Below are positions 47,201 to 59,200 of a DNA stretch of 64,000 nt, in pieces. The notes under the pieces are model-generated. The model ran no database searches, was not told the origin of the DNA, and worked only from the letters and a program-made list of their open reading frames with translations. The stretch is from Eledone cirrhosa. Its lineage: Eukaryota. Made by a program: the position numbers and the translations under genes. The stretch covers positions 422,840,001 to 422,904,000 of the forward strand of contig OZ024740.1 of assembly GCA_964016885.1 (NCBI GenBank), written 5' to 3'. Numbering within the stretch: the first letter of the stretch is position 1; every line of letters starts with the position of its first letter.

Positions 47201-50200
47201 GGTCTGGATGTAAGGAGACCTAGACCTTAGGACAGAGAAGAGGTGTTGATAGAGAAGGTCCGAAGTGTGGAGAGAGTGGTACACAGGTCTGGATGTAAGG
47301 AGAGCTAGACCTTAGGACAAAGAGGATGTGTTGATAGTGAAGGTCAGAAGTGTGGAGAGAGTGGTTGACAGGTCTGGATGTAAGGAGAGCTGGACCTTAG
47401 GACAGAGAGGAGATGTTGATAGAGAAGGTCAGAAGTGTGGAGAGAGTGGTTGACAGGTATGGATGTAAGGAGAGCTAGACCTTAGGACAGAGAAGAGGTG
47501 TTGATGGAGAAGGTCAGAAGTGTGGAGAGAGTGGTTGACAGGTCTGGATGTAAGGAGAGCTGGACCTTAGGACAGAGAGGAGGTGTTGATAGAGAAGGTC
47601 AGAAGTGTGTAGAGAGTGGTTGACAGGTCTGGATGTAAGGAGAGCTGGACCTTAGGATAGAGAGGAGGTGTTGATTGAGAAGATCTGATTTTTGGAGAGA
47701 GTGGTTGACAGGTCTGGATGTAAGGACAGCTGGCCCTTAGGACAGAGAGGAGGTGTTGATTGAGTAGGTCAGAAGTGTGGTGAGAGTGGTAGAGATGTCT
47801 GGATGTAAGGAGAGCTGGACCTTAGGACATAGAGGAGGTGTTGATAGAGAAGGGTCAGAAGTGTGGAGAGAATGGTTGACAGGTCTGGATGTAAGGAGAG
47901 CTGGACCTTAGGACTGAGAGGAGGTGTTGATAGTGAAGGTCAGAAGTGTGGAGAGAGTGGTTGACAGGTCTGGGTGTAAGGAGAGCTAGACCTTAGGACA
48001 GAGAGGAGGTGTTGATGGAGAAGGTCAGATGTGTGGAGAGAGTGGTAGAGAGGTCTGGATGTAAGAAGAGCTGGACCTTAGGACATAGAGGAGGTGTTGA
48101 TAGAGAAGGTCAGAAGTGTGGAGAGAATGGTTGACAGGTCTGGATGTAAGGAGAGCTGGACCTTAGGACAGGGAGGAGGTGTTGATAGTGAAGGTCAGAA
48201 GTGTGGAGAGAGTGGTTGACATGTCTGGGTGTAAGGAGAGCTATACCTTAGGACAGAGAGGAGATGTTGATAGAGAAGGTCAGAAGTGTGGAGAGAGTGG
48301 TTGACAGGTCTGGATGTAAGGAGAGCTAGACCTTAGGACAGAGAGGAGGTGTTGATGGAGAATGTAAGAAGTGTGGCGAGAGTGGTTGACAGGTCTGGAT
48401 GTAAGGAGAGCTAGACCTTAGGAAACAGAGGAGGTGTTGATAGAGAAGGTCAGACGTGTGGAGAGAGTGGTTGACAGGTCTGGATGTAAGGAGAGCTAGA
48501 CCTTAGGACAGAAAGGAGGTGTTGATAGAGAAGGTCAGAAGTGTGGAGAGAGTGGTAGAGAGGTCTGGATGTAAGGAGAGCTAGACCTTAGGACAGAGAG
48601 GAGGTGTTGATAGAGAAGGTCAGAAGTGTGGAGAGAGTGGTAGAGAGGTCTGGATGTAAGGAGAGCTGGACCTTAGGACATAGAGGAGGTGTTGATAGAG
48701 AAGGTCAGAAGTGTGGAGAGAGTGGTTGACAGGTCTGGATGTAAGGAGAGCTAGACCTTAGGACAGAGAAGAGGTGTTGATGGAGAAGGTCAGAAGTTGG
48801 GAGAGAGTGGTTGACAGGTTTGGATGTAAGGACAGCTGGACCTTAGGACAGAGAGGAGGTGTTGTTAGAGAAGGTCAGAAGTGTGGAGAGAGTGGTTAAC
48901 AGGTCTGGATGTAAGGAGAGCTAGACCTTAGGAAAGAGAGGAGGTGTTGATAGAGAAGTTCAGAAGTGTGGAGAGAGTGGTTGACAGGTCTGGATGTAAG
49001 GAGAGCTAGACCTTAGGACAGAGAGGAGGTGTTGATGGAGAATGTAAGAAGTGTGGAGAGAGTGGTTGACAGGTCTGGATGTAAGGAGAGCTAGACCTTA
49101 GGACAGAGAGGAGATGTTGATGGAGAAGGTAAGAAGTGTGGAGAGAGCGGTTGACAGGTCAGGATGTAAGGAGAGCTAGACCTTAGGAAAGAGAGGAGGT
49201 GTTGATAGAGAAGGTCAGAAGTGTGGAAAGAGTGGTTGACAGGTCTGGATGTAAGGAGAGCTGGACCTTAGGAAAGAGAGGAGGTGTTGATAGAGAAGGT
49301 CAGAAGTGTGGAGAGAGTGGTTGACAGGTCTGGATGTAAGGAGAGCTAGACCTTAGGACAGAGAGGAGGTGTTATTAGAGAAGGTCAGAAGTGTGGAGAG
49401 AGTGGTTGACAGGTATGGATGTAAGGAGAGCTAGACCTTAGGACAGAGAGGAGATGTTGATGGAGAAGGTAAGAAGTGTGGAGAGAGTGGTTGACAGGTC
49501 TGGATGTAAGGAGAGCTAGACCTTAGGAAAGAGATGAGGTGTTGATAGAGAAGGTCAGAAGTGTGGAGAGAGTGGTTGACAGGTCTGGATGTAAGGAGAG
49601 CTAGACCTTAGGACAGAGAGGAGGTGTTGATAGAGAAGGTCAGAAGTGTGGAGAGAGTGGTTGACAGGTCTGGATGTAAGGAGAGCTAGACCTTAGGACA
49701 GAGAGGAGGTGTTGATAGAGAAGGTCAGAAGTGTGGAGAGAGTGGTTGGCAGGTCTGGATGTAAGGAGAGCTAGACCTTAGGAAAGAGAGGAGGTGTTGA
49801 TAGAGAAGGTCAGAAGTGTTGAAAGAGTGGTTGGCAGGTCTGGATGTAAGGAGAGCTGGAACTTAGGACAGAGAGGAGGTGTTGATAGAGAAGGTCAGAA
49901 GTGTGGAGAGGGTGGTAGAGAGGTCTGGATGTAAGGAGAGCTAGACCTTAGGACAGAGAGGAGGTGTTGATAGAGAAGGTCAAAAGTGTGGAGAGAGTGG
50001 ATAACAGGTCTGGATGTAAGGAGAGCTGGACCTTAGAACAGAGAGGAGGTGTTGATTGAGTAGGTCAGAGGTGTGCTGAGAGTGATAGAGAGGTCTGGAT
50101 GTAAGGAGAGCTGGACCTTAGGACATAGAGGAGGTGTTGATAGAGAAGGTCAGAAGTGTGGAGAGAATGGTTGACAGGTCTGGATGTAAGGAGAGCTGGA

Positions 50201-53200
50201 CCTTAGGACTGAGAGGAGGTGTTGATAGTGAAGGTCAGAAGTGTGGAGAGAGTGGTTGACAGGTCTGGGTGTAAGGAGAGCTAGACCTTAGGACAGAGAG
50301 GAGGTGTTGATGGGGAAGGTCAGATGTGTGGAGAGAGTGGTAGAGAGGTCTGGATGTAAGAAGAGCTGGACCTTAGGACATAGAGGAGGTGTTGATAGAG
50401 AAGGTCAGAAGTGTGGAGAGAATGGTTGACAGGTCTGGATGTAAGGAGAGCTGGACCTTAGGACAGGGAGGAGGTGTTGATAGTGAAGGTCAGAAGTGTG
50501 GAGAGAGTGGTTGACAGGTCTGGGTGTAAGGAGAGCTATACCTTAGGACAGAGAGGAGGTGTTGATAGAGAAGGTCAGAAGTGTGGAGAGAGTGGTTGAC
50601 AGGTCTAGATGTAAGGAGACCTAGACCTTAGGACAGAGAAGAGGTGTTGATAGAGAAGGTCAGAAGTGTGGAGAGAGTGGTACACAGGTCTGGATGTAAG
50701 GAGAGCTAGACCTTAGGACAAAGAGGATGTGTTGATAGTGAAGGTCAGAAGTGTGGAGAGAGTCGTTGACAGGTCTGGATGTAAGGAGAGCTGGACCTTA
50801 GGATAGAGAGGAGGTGTTGATTGAGAAGGTCTGATTTTTGGAGAGAGTGGTTGACAGGTCTGGATGTAAGGAGAGCTGGACCTTAGGACAGAGAGGAGAT
50901 GTTGATAGAGAAGGTCAGAAGTGTGGAGAGAGTGGTTGACAGGTATGGATGTAAGGAGAGCTAGACCTTAGGACAGAGAAGAGGTGTTGATGGAGAAGGT
51001 CAGAAGTGTGGAGAGAGTGGTTGACAGGTCTGTATGTAAGGAGAGCTGGACCTTAGGACAGAGAGGAGGTGTTGATAGAGAAGGTCAGAAGTGTGTAGAG
51101 AGTGGTTGACAGGTCTGGATGTAAGGAGAGCTGGACCTTAGGATAGAGAGGAGGTGTTGATTGAGAAGATCTGATTTTTGGAGAGAGTGGTTGACAGGTC
51201 TGGATGTAAGGACAGCTGGCCCTTAGGACAGAGAGGAGGTGTTGATTGAGTAGGTCAGAAGTGTGGTGAGAGTGGTAGAGATGTCTGGATGTAAGGAGAG
51301 CTGGACCTTAGGACATAGAGGAGGTGTTGATAGAGAAGGGTCAGAAGTGTGGAGAGAATGGTTGACAGGTCTGGATGTAAGGAGAGCTGGACCTTAGGAC
51401 TGAGAGGAGGTGTTGATAGTGAAGGTCAGAAGTGTGGAGAGAGTGGTTGACAGGTCTGGGTGTAAGGAGAGCTAGACCTTAGGACAGAGAGGAGGTGTTG
51501 ATGGAGAAGGTCAGATGTGTGGAGAGAGTGGTAGAGAGGTCTGGATGTAAGAAGAGCTGGACCTTAGGACATAGAGGAGGTGTTGATAGAGAAGGTCAGA
51601 AGTGTGGAGAGAATGGTTGACAGGTCTGGATGTAAGGAGAGCTGGACCTTAGGACAGGGAGGAGGTGTTGATAGTGAAGGTCAGAAGTGTGGAGAGAGTG
51701 GTTGACATGTCTGGGTGTAAGGAGAGCTATACCTTAGGACAGAGAGGAGGTGTTGATAGAGAAGGTCAGAAGTGTGGAGAGAGTGGTTGACAGGTCTGGA
51801 TGTAAGGAGACCTAGACCTTAGGACAGAGAAGAGGTGTTGATAGAGAAGGTCAGAAGTGTGGAGAGAGTGGTACACAGGTCTGGATGTAAGGAGAGCTAG
51901 ACCTTAGGACTGAGAGGAGATGTTGATAGAGAAGGTCAGAAGTGTGGAGAGAGTGGTTGACAGGTCTGGATGTAAGGAGAGCTAGACCTTAGGACAGAGA
52001 GGAGGTGTTGATGGAGAATGTAAGAAGTGTGGCGAGAGTGGTTGACAGGTCTGGATGTAAGGAGAGCTAGACCTTAGGAAAGAGAGGAGGTGTTGATAGA
52101 GAAGGTCAGACGTGTGGAGAGAGTGGTAGAGAGGTCTGGATGTAAGGAGAGCTAGACCTTAGGACAGAGAGGAGGTGTTGATAGAGAAGGTCAGAAGTGT
52201 GGAGAGAGTGGTAGAGAGGTCTGGATGTAAGGAGAGCTGGACCTTAGGACATAGAGGAGGTGTTGATAGAGAAGGTCAGAAGTGTGGAGAGAGTGGTTGA
52301 CAGGTCTGGATGTAAGGAGAGCTAGACCTTAGGACAGAGAGGAGGTGTTGATGGAGAATGTAAGAAGTGTGGAGAGAGTGGTTGACAGGTCTGGATGTAA
52401 GGAGAGCTAGACCTTAGGACAGAGAGGAGATGTTGATGGAGAAGGTAAGAAGTGTGGAGAGAGCGGTTGACAGGTCAGAATGTAAGGAGAGCTAGACCTT
52501 AGGAAAGAGAGGAGGTGTTGATAGAGAAGGTCAGAAGTGTGGAAATAGTGGTTGACAGGTCTGGATGTAAGGAGAGCTGGACCTTAGGAATGAGAGGAGG
52601 TGTTGATAGAGAAGGTCAGAAGTGTGGAGAGAGTGGTTGACAGGTCTGGATGTAAGGAGAGCTAGACCTTAGGACAGAGAGGAGGTGTTATTAGAGAAGG
52701 TCAGAAGTGTGGAGAGAGTGGTTGACAGGTATGGATGTAAGGAGAGCTAGACCTTAGGACAGAGAGGAGATGTTGATGGAGAAGGTAAGAAGTGTGGAGA
52801 GAGTGGTTGACAGGTCTGGATGTAAAGAGAGCTAGACCTTAGGAAAGAGATGAGGTGTTGATAGAGAAGGTCAGAAGTGTGGAGAGAGTGGTTGACAGGT
52901 CTGGATGTAAGGAGAGCTAGACCTTAGGACAGAGAGGAGGTGTTGATAGAGAAGGTCAGAAGTGTGGAGAGAGTGGTTGACAGGTCTGGATGTAAGGAGA
53001 GCTAGACCTTAGGACAGAGAGGAGGTGTTGATAGAGAAGGTCAGAAGTGTGGAGAGAGGGGTTGGCAGGTCTGGATGTAAGGAGAGCTAGACCTTAGGAA
53101 AGAGAGGAGGTGTTGATAGAGAAGGTCAGAAGTGTTGAGAGAGTGGTTGGCAGGTCTGGATGTAAGGAGAGCTGGACCTTAGGACTGAGAGAAGGTGTTG

Positions 53201-56200
53201 ATAGTGAAGGTCAGAAGTGTGGAGAGAGTGTTTGACAGGTCTGGATGTAAGAAGAGCTGGACCTTAGGACATAGAGGAGGTGTTGATAGAGAAGGTCAGA
53301 AGTGTGGAGAGAATGGTTGACAGGTCTGGATGTAAGGAGAGCTGGACCTTAGGACAGGGAGGAGGTGTTGATAGTGAAGGTCAGAAGTGTGGAGAGAGTG
53401 GTTGACAGGTCTGGGTGTAAGGAGAGCTATACATTAGGACAGAGAGGAGGTGTTGATAGAGAAGGTCAGAAGTGTGGAGAGAGTGGTTGACAGGTCTGGA
53501 TGTAAGGAGACCTAGACCTTAGGACAGAGAAGAGGTGTTGATAGAGAAGGTCAGAAGTGTGGAGAGAGTGGTACACAGGTCTGGATGTAAGGAGAGCTAG
53601 ACCTTAGGACAAAGAGGATGTGTTGATAGTGAAGGTCAGAAGTGTGGAGAGAGTGGTTGACAGGTCTGGATGTAAGGAGAGCTGGACCTTAGGATAGAGA
53701 GGAGGTGTTGATTGAGAAGGTCTGATTTTTGGAGAGAGTGGTTGACAGGTCTGGATGTAAGGAGAGCTGGACCTTAGGACAGAGAGGAGATGTTGATAGA
53801 GAAGGTCAGAAGTGTGGAGAGAGTGGTTGACAGGTATGGATGTAAGGAGAGCTAGACCTTAGGACAGAGAAGAGGTGTTGATGGAGAAGGTCAGAAGTGT
53901 GGAGAGAGTGGTTGACAGGTCTGTATGTAAGGAGAGCTGGACCTTAGGACAGAGAGGAGGTGTTGATAGAGAAGGTCAGAAGTGTGTAGAGAGTGGTTGA
54001 CAGGTCTGGATGTAAGGAGAGCTGGACCTTAGGATAGAGAGGACGTGTTGATTGAGAAGATCTGATTTTTGGAGAGAGTGGTTGACAGGTCTGGATGTAA
54101 GTAGAGCTGGACCTTAGGAGAGAGAGGAAGTGTTGATAGAGAGGGTCAGAAGTGTGGAGAGAGTGGATGACAGGTCTGGATGTAAGGAGAGCTGGCCCTT
54201 AGGACAGAGAGGAGGTGTTGATTGAGTAGGTCAGAAGTGTGGTGAGAGTGGTAGAGAGGTCTGGATGTAAGGTGAGCTGGACCTTAGGACATAGAGGAGG
54301 TGTTGATAGAGAAGGTCAGAAGTGTGGAGAGAATGGTTGACAGGTCTGGATGTAAGGAGAGCTGGACCTTAGGACTGAGAGGAGGTGTTGATAGTGAAGG
54401 TCAGAAGTGTGGAGAGAGTGGTTGACAGGTCTGGGTGTAAGGAGAGCTAGACCTTAAGACAGAGAGGAGGTGTTGATGGAGAAGGTCAGATGTGTGGAGA
54501 GAGTGGTAGAGAGGTCTGGATGTAAGAAGAGCTGGACCTTAGGACATAGAGGAGGTGTTGATAGAGAAGGTCAGAAGAGTGGAGAGAATGGTTGACAGGT
54601 CTGGATGTAAGGAGAGCTGGACCTTAGGACAGGGAGGAGGTGTTGATAGTGAAGGTCAGAAGTGTGGAGAGAGTGGTTGACATGTCTGGGTGTAAGGAGA
54701 GCTATACCTTAGGACAGAGAGGAGGTGTTGATAGAGAAGGTCAGAAGTGTGGAGAGAGTGGTTGACAGGTCTGGATGTAAGGAGACCTAGACCTTAGGAC
54801 AGAGAAGAGGTGTTGATAGAGAAGGTCAGAAGTGTGGAGAGAGTGGTACACAGGTCTGGATGTAAGGAGAGCTAGACCTTAGGACAGAGAGGAGATGTTG
54901 ATAGAGAAGGTCAGAAGTGTGGAGAGAGTGGTTGACAGGTCTGGATGTAAGGAGAGCTAGACCTTAGGACAGAGAGAAGATGTTGATAGTGAAGGTCAGA
55001 AGTGTGGTGAGAGTGGTTGACAGGTCTGGATGTAAGGAGAGCTAGACCTTAGGAAAGAGAGGAGGTGTTGATAGAGAAGGTCAGACGTGTGGAGAGAGTG
55101 GTTGACAGGTCTGGATGTAAGGAGAGCTAGACCTTAGGACAGAAAGGAGGTGTTGATAGAGGAGGTCAGAAGTGTGGAGAGAGTCGTAGAGAGGTCTGGA
55201 TGTAAGGAGAGCTAAACCTTAGGACAGAGAGGAGGTGTTGATAGAGAAGGTCAGATGTGTGGAGAGAGTGGTAGAGAGGTCTGGATGTAAGGAGAGCTGG
55301 ACCTTAGGACATAGAGGAGGTGTTGATAGAGAAGGTCAGAAGTGTGGAGAGAGTGGTTGACAGGTCTGGATGTAAGGAGAGCTAGACCTTAGGACAGAGA
55401 AGAGGTGTTGATGGAGAAGGTCAGAAGTTGGGAGAGAATGGTTGACAGGTCTGGATGTAAGGAGAGCTAGACCTTAGGAAAGAGAGGAGGTGTTGATAGA
55501 GAAGGTCAGAAGTGTGGAGAGAGTGGTTGACAGGTCTGGATGTAAGGAGAGCTAGACCTTAGGACAGAGAGGAGGTGTTGATGGAGATTGTAAGAAGTGT
55601 GGAGAGAGTGGTTGACAGGTCTGGATGTAAGGAGAGCTAGACTTTAGGACAGAGAGGAGATGTTGATGGAGAAGGTAAGAAGTGTGGAGAGAGTGGTTGA
55701 CAGGTCTGGATGTAAGGAGAGCTAGACCTTAGGAAAGAGAGGAGGTGTTGATAGAGAAGGTCAGAAGTGTGGAAAGTGTGGTTGACAGGTCTGGATGTAA
55801 GGAGAGCTGGACCTTAGGAAAGAGAGGAGGTGTTGATAGAGAAGGTCAGAAGTGTGGAGAGAGTGGTTGACAGGTCTGGATGTAAGGAGAGCTAGACCTT
55901 AGGAGAGAGAGGAAGTGTTGATAGAGAGGGTCAGAAGTGTGGAGAGAGTGGTAGAGAGGTCTGGATGTAAGGACAGCTAGACCTTAGGACAGAGAAGAGG
56001 TGTTGATGGAGAAGGTCAGAAGTGTGGAGAGAGTGGTTGACAGGTCTGGATGTAAGGACAGCTGGACCTTAGGACAGAGAGGAGGTGTTGATAGAGAAGG
56101 TCAGAAGTGTGGAGAGAGTGGTTGACAGGTCTGGATGTAAGGAGAGCTAGACCTTAGGAAAGAGAGGAGGTGTTGATAGAGAAGGTCAGAATTGTGGAGA

Positions 56201-59200
56201 GAGTGGTTGACAGGTCTGGATGTAAGGAGAGCTAGACCTTAGGACTGAGAGAGATGTTGATAGAGAAGGTCAGAAGTGTGGAGAGAGTGGTTGACAGGTC
56301 TGGATGTAAGGACAGCTGGACCTTAGGACAGAGAGGAGGTGTTGATAGAGAAGGTCAGAAGTGTGGAGAGAGTGGTTGACAGGTCTGGATGTAAGGAGAG
56401 CTAGACCTTAGGAAAGAGAGGAGGTGTTGATAGAGAAGGTCAGAAGTGTGGAGAGAGTGGTTGACAGGTCTGGATGTAAGGAGAACTAGACCTTAGGACT
56501 GAGAGGAGATGTTGATAGAGAAGGTCAGAAGTGTGGAGAGAGTGGTTGACAGGTCTGGATGTAAGGAGAGCTAGACCTTAGGACAGAGAGGTGTTGATGG
56601 AGAATGTAAGAAGTGTGGCGAGAGTGGTTGACAGGTCTGGATGTAAGGATAGCTAGACCTTAGGAAAGAGAGGAGGTGTTGATAGAGAAGGTCAGACGTG
56701 TGGAGAGAGTGGTTGACAGGTCTGGATGTAAGGAGAGCTAGACCTTAGGACAGAAAGGAGGTGTTGATAGAGAAGGTCAGAAGTGTGGAGAGAGTGGTAG
56801 AGAGGTCTGGATGTAAGGAGAGCTAGACCTTAGGACAGAGAGGAGGTGTTGATAGAGAAGGTCAGAAGTGTGGAGAGAGTGGTAGAGAGGTCTGGATGTA
56901 AGGAGAGCTGGACCTTAGGACATAGAGGAGGTGTTGATAGAGAAGGTCAGAAGTGTGGAGAGAGTGGTTGACAGGTCTGGATGTAAGGAGAGCTAGACCT
57001 TAGGACAGAGAGGAGGTGTTGATAGAGAAGGTCAGACGTGTGGAGAGAGTGGTTGACAGGTCTGGATGTAAGGAGAGCTAGACCTTAGGACAGAAAGGAG
57101 GTGTTGATAGAGAAGTTCAGAAGTGTGGAGAGAGTGGTAGAGAGGTCTGGATGTAAGGAGAGCTAGACCTTAGGACAAAGAGGAGGTGTTGATAGAGAAG
57201 GTCAGAAGTGTGGAGAGAGTGGTAGAGAGGTCTGGATGTAAGGAGAGCTGGACCTTAGGACATAGAGGAGGTGTTGATAGAGAAGGTCAGAAGTGTGGAG
57301 AGAGTGGTTGACAGGTCTGGATGTAAGGAGAGCTAGACCTTAGGACAGAGAAGAGGTGTTGATGGAGAAGGTCAGAAGTTGGGAGAGAGTGGTTGACAGG
57401 TTTGGATGTAAGGACAGCTGGACCTTAGGACAGAGAGGAGGTGTTGTTAGAGAAGGTCAGAAGTGTGGAGAGAGTGGTTAACAGGTCTGGATGTAAGGAG
57501 AGCTAGACCTTAGGAGAGAGAGGAAGTGTTGATAGAGAGGGTCAGAAGTGTGGAGAGAGTGGTAGAGAGGTCTGGATGTAAGGAGATCTAGACCTCAGGA
57601 CAGAGAGGAGGTGTTGATAGAGAAGGTCAGATGTGTGGAGAGAGTGGTTGACAGGTCTGGATGTAAGGAGAGCTAGACCTTAGGACAGAAAGGAGGTGTT
57701 GATAGAGAAGGTCAGAAGTGTGGAGAGAGTGGTTGACAGTTCTGGATGTAAGGAGAGCTGGACCTTAGGAGAGAGAGGAGGTGTTGATCGGGAAGGTAAG
57801 ATGTGTGGAGAGAGTGGTTGACAGGTCTGAATGTAAGGACAGCTAGACCTTAGGACAGAGAAGAGGTGTTGATGGAGAAGGTCAGAAGTGTGGAGAGAGT
57901 GGTTGACAGGTCTGGATGTAAGGACAGCTGGACCTTAGGACAGAGAGGAGGTGTTGATAGAGAAGGTCAGAAGTGTGGAGAGAGTGGTTGACAGGTCTGG
58001 ATGTAAGGAGAGCTAGACCTTAGGAAAGAGAGGAGGTGTTGATAGAGAAGGTCAGAATTGTGGAGAGAGTGGTTGACAGGTCTGGATGTAAGGAGAGCTA
58101 GACCTTAGGACTGAGAGGAGATGTTGATAGAGAAGGTCAGAAGTGTGGAGAGAGTGGTTGACAGGTCTGGATGTAAGGACAGCTGGACCTTAGGACAGAG
58201 AGGAGGTGTTGATAGAGAAGGTCAGAAGTGTGGAGAGAGTGGTTGACAGGTCTGGATGTAAGGAGAGCTAGACCTTAGGAAAGAGAGGAGGTGTTGATAG
58301 AGAAGGTCAGAAGTGTGGAGAGAGTGGTTGACAGGTCTGGATGTAAGGAGAACTAGACCTTAGGACTGAGAGGAGATGTTGATAGAGAAGGTCAGAAGTG
58401 TGGAGAGAGTGGTTGACAGGTCTGGATGTAAGGAGAGCTAGACCATAGGACAGAGAGGTGTTGATGGAGAATGTAAGAAGTGTGGCGAGAGTGGTTGACA
58501 GGTCTGGATGTAAGGAGAGCTAGACCTTAGGAAAGAGAGGAGGTGTTGATAGAGAAGGTCAGACGTGTGGAGAGAGTGGTAGAGAGGTCTGGATGTAAGG
58601 AGAGCTAGACCTTAGGACAGAGAGGAGGTGTTGATAGAGAAGGTCAGAAGTGTGGAGAGAGTGGTAGAGAGGTCTGGATGTAAGGAGAGCTGGACCTTAG
58701 GACATAGAGGAGGTGTTGATAGAGAAGGTCAGAAGTGTGGAGAGAGTGGTTGACAGGTCTGGATGTAAGGAGAGCTAGACCTTAGGACAGAGAGGAGGTG
58801 TTGATAGAGAAGGTCAGACGTGTGGAGAGAGTGGTTGACAGGTCTGGATGTAAGGAGAGCTAGACCTTAGGACAGAAAGGAGGTGTTGATAGAGAAGGTC
58901 AGAAGTGTGGAGAGAGTGGTAGAGAGGTCTGGATGTAAGGAGAGCTAGACCTTAGGACAGAGAGGAGGTGTTGATAGAGAAGGTCAGAAGTGTGGAGAGA
59001 GTGGTAGAGAGGTCTGGATGTAAGGAGAGCTGGACCTTAGGACATAGAGGAGGTGTTGATAGAGAAGGTCAGAAGTGTGGAGAGAGTGGTTGACAGGTCT
59101 GGATGTAAGGAGAGCTAGACCTTAGGACAGAGAAGAGGTGTTGATGGAGAAGGTCAGAAGTTGGGAGAGAGTGGTTGACAGGTTTGGATGTAAGGACAGC

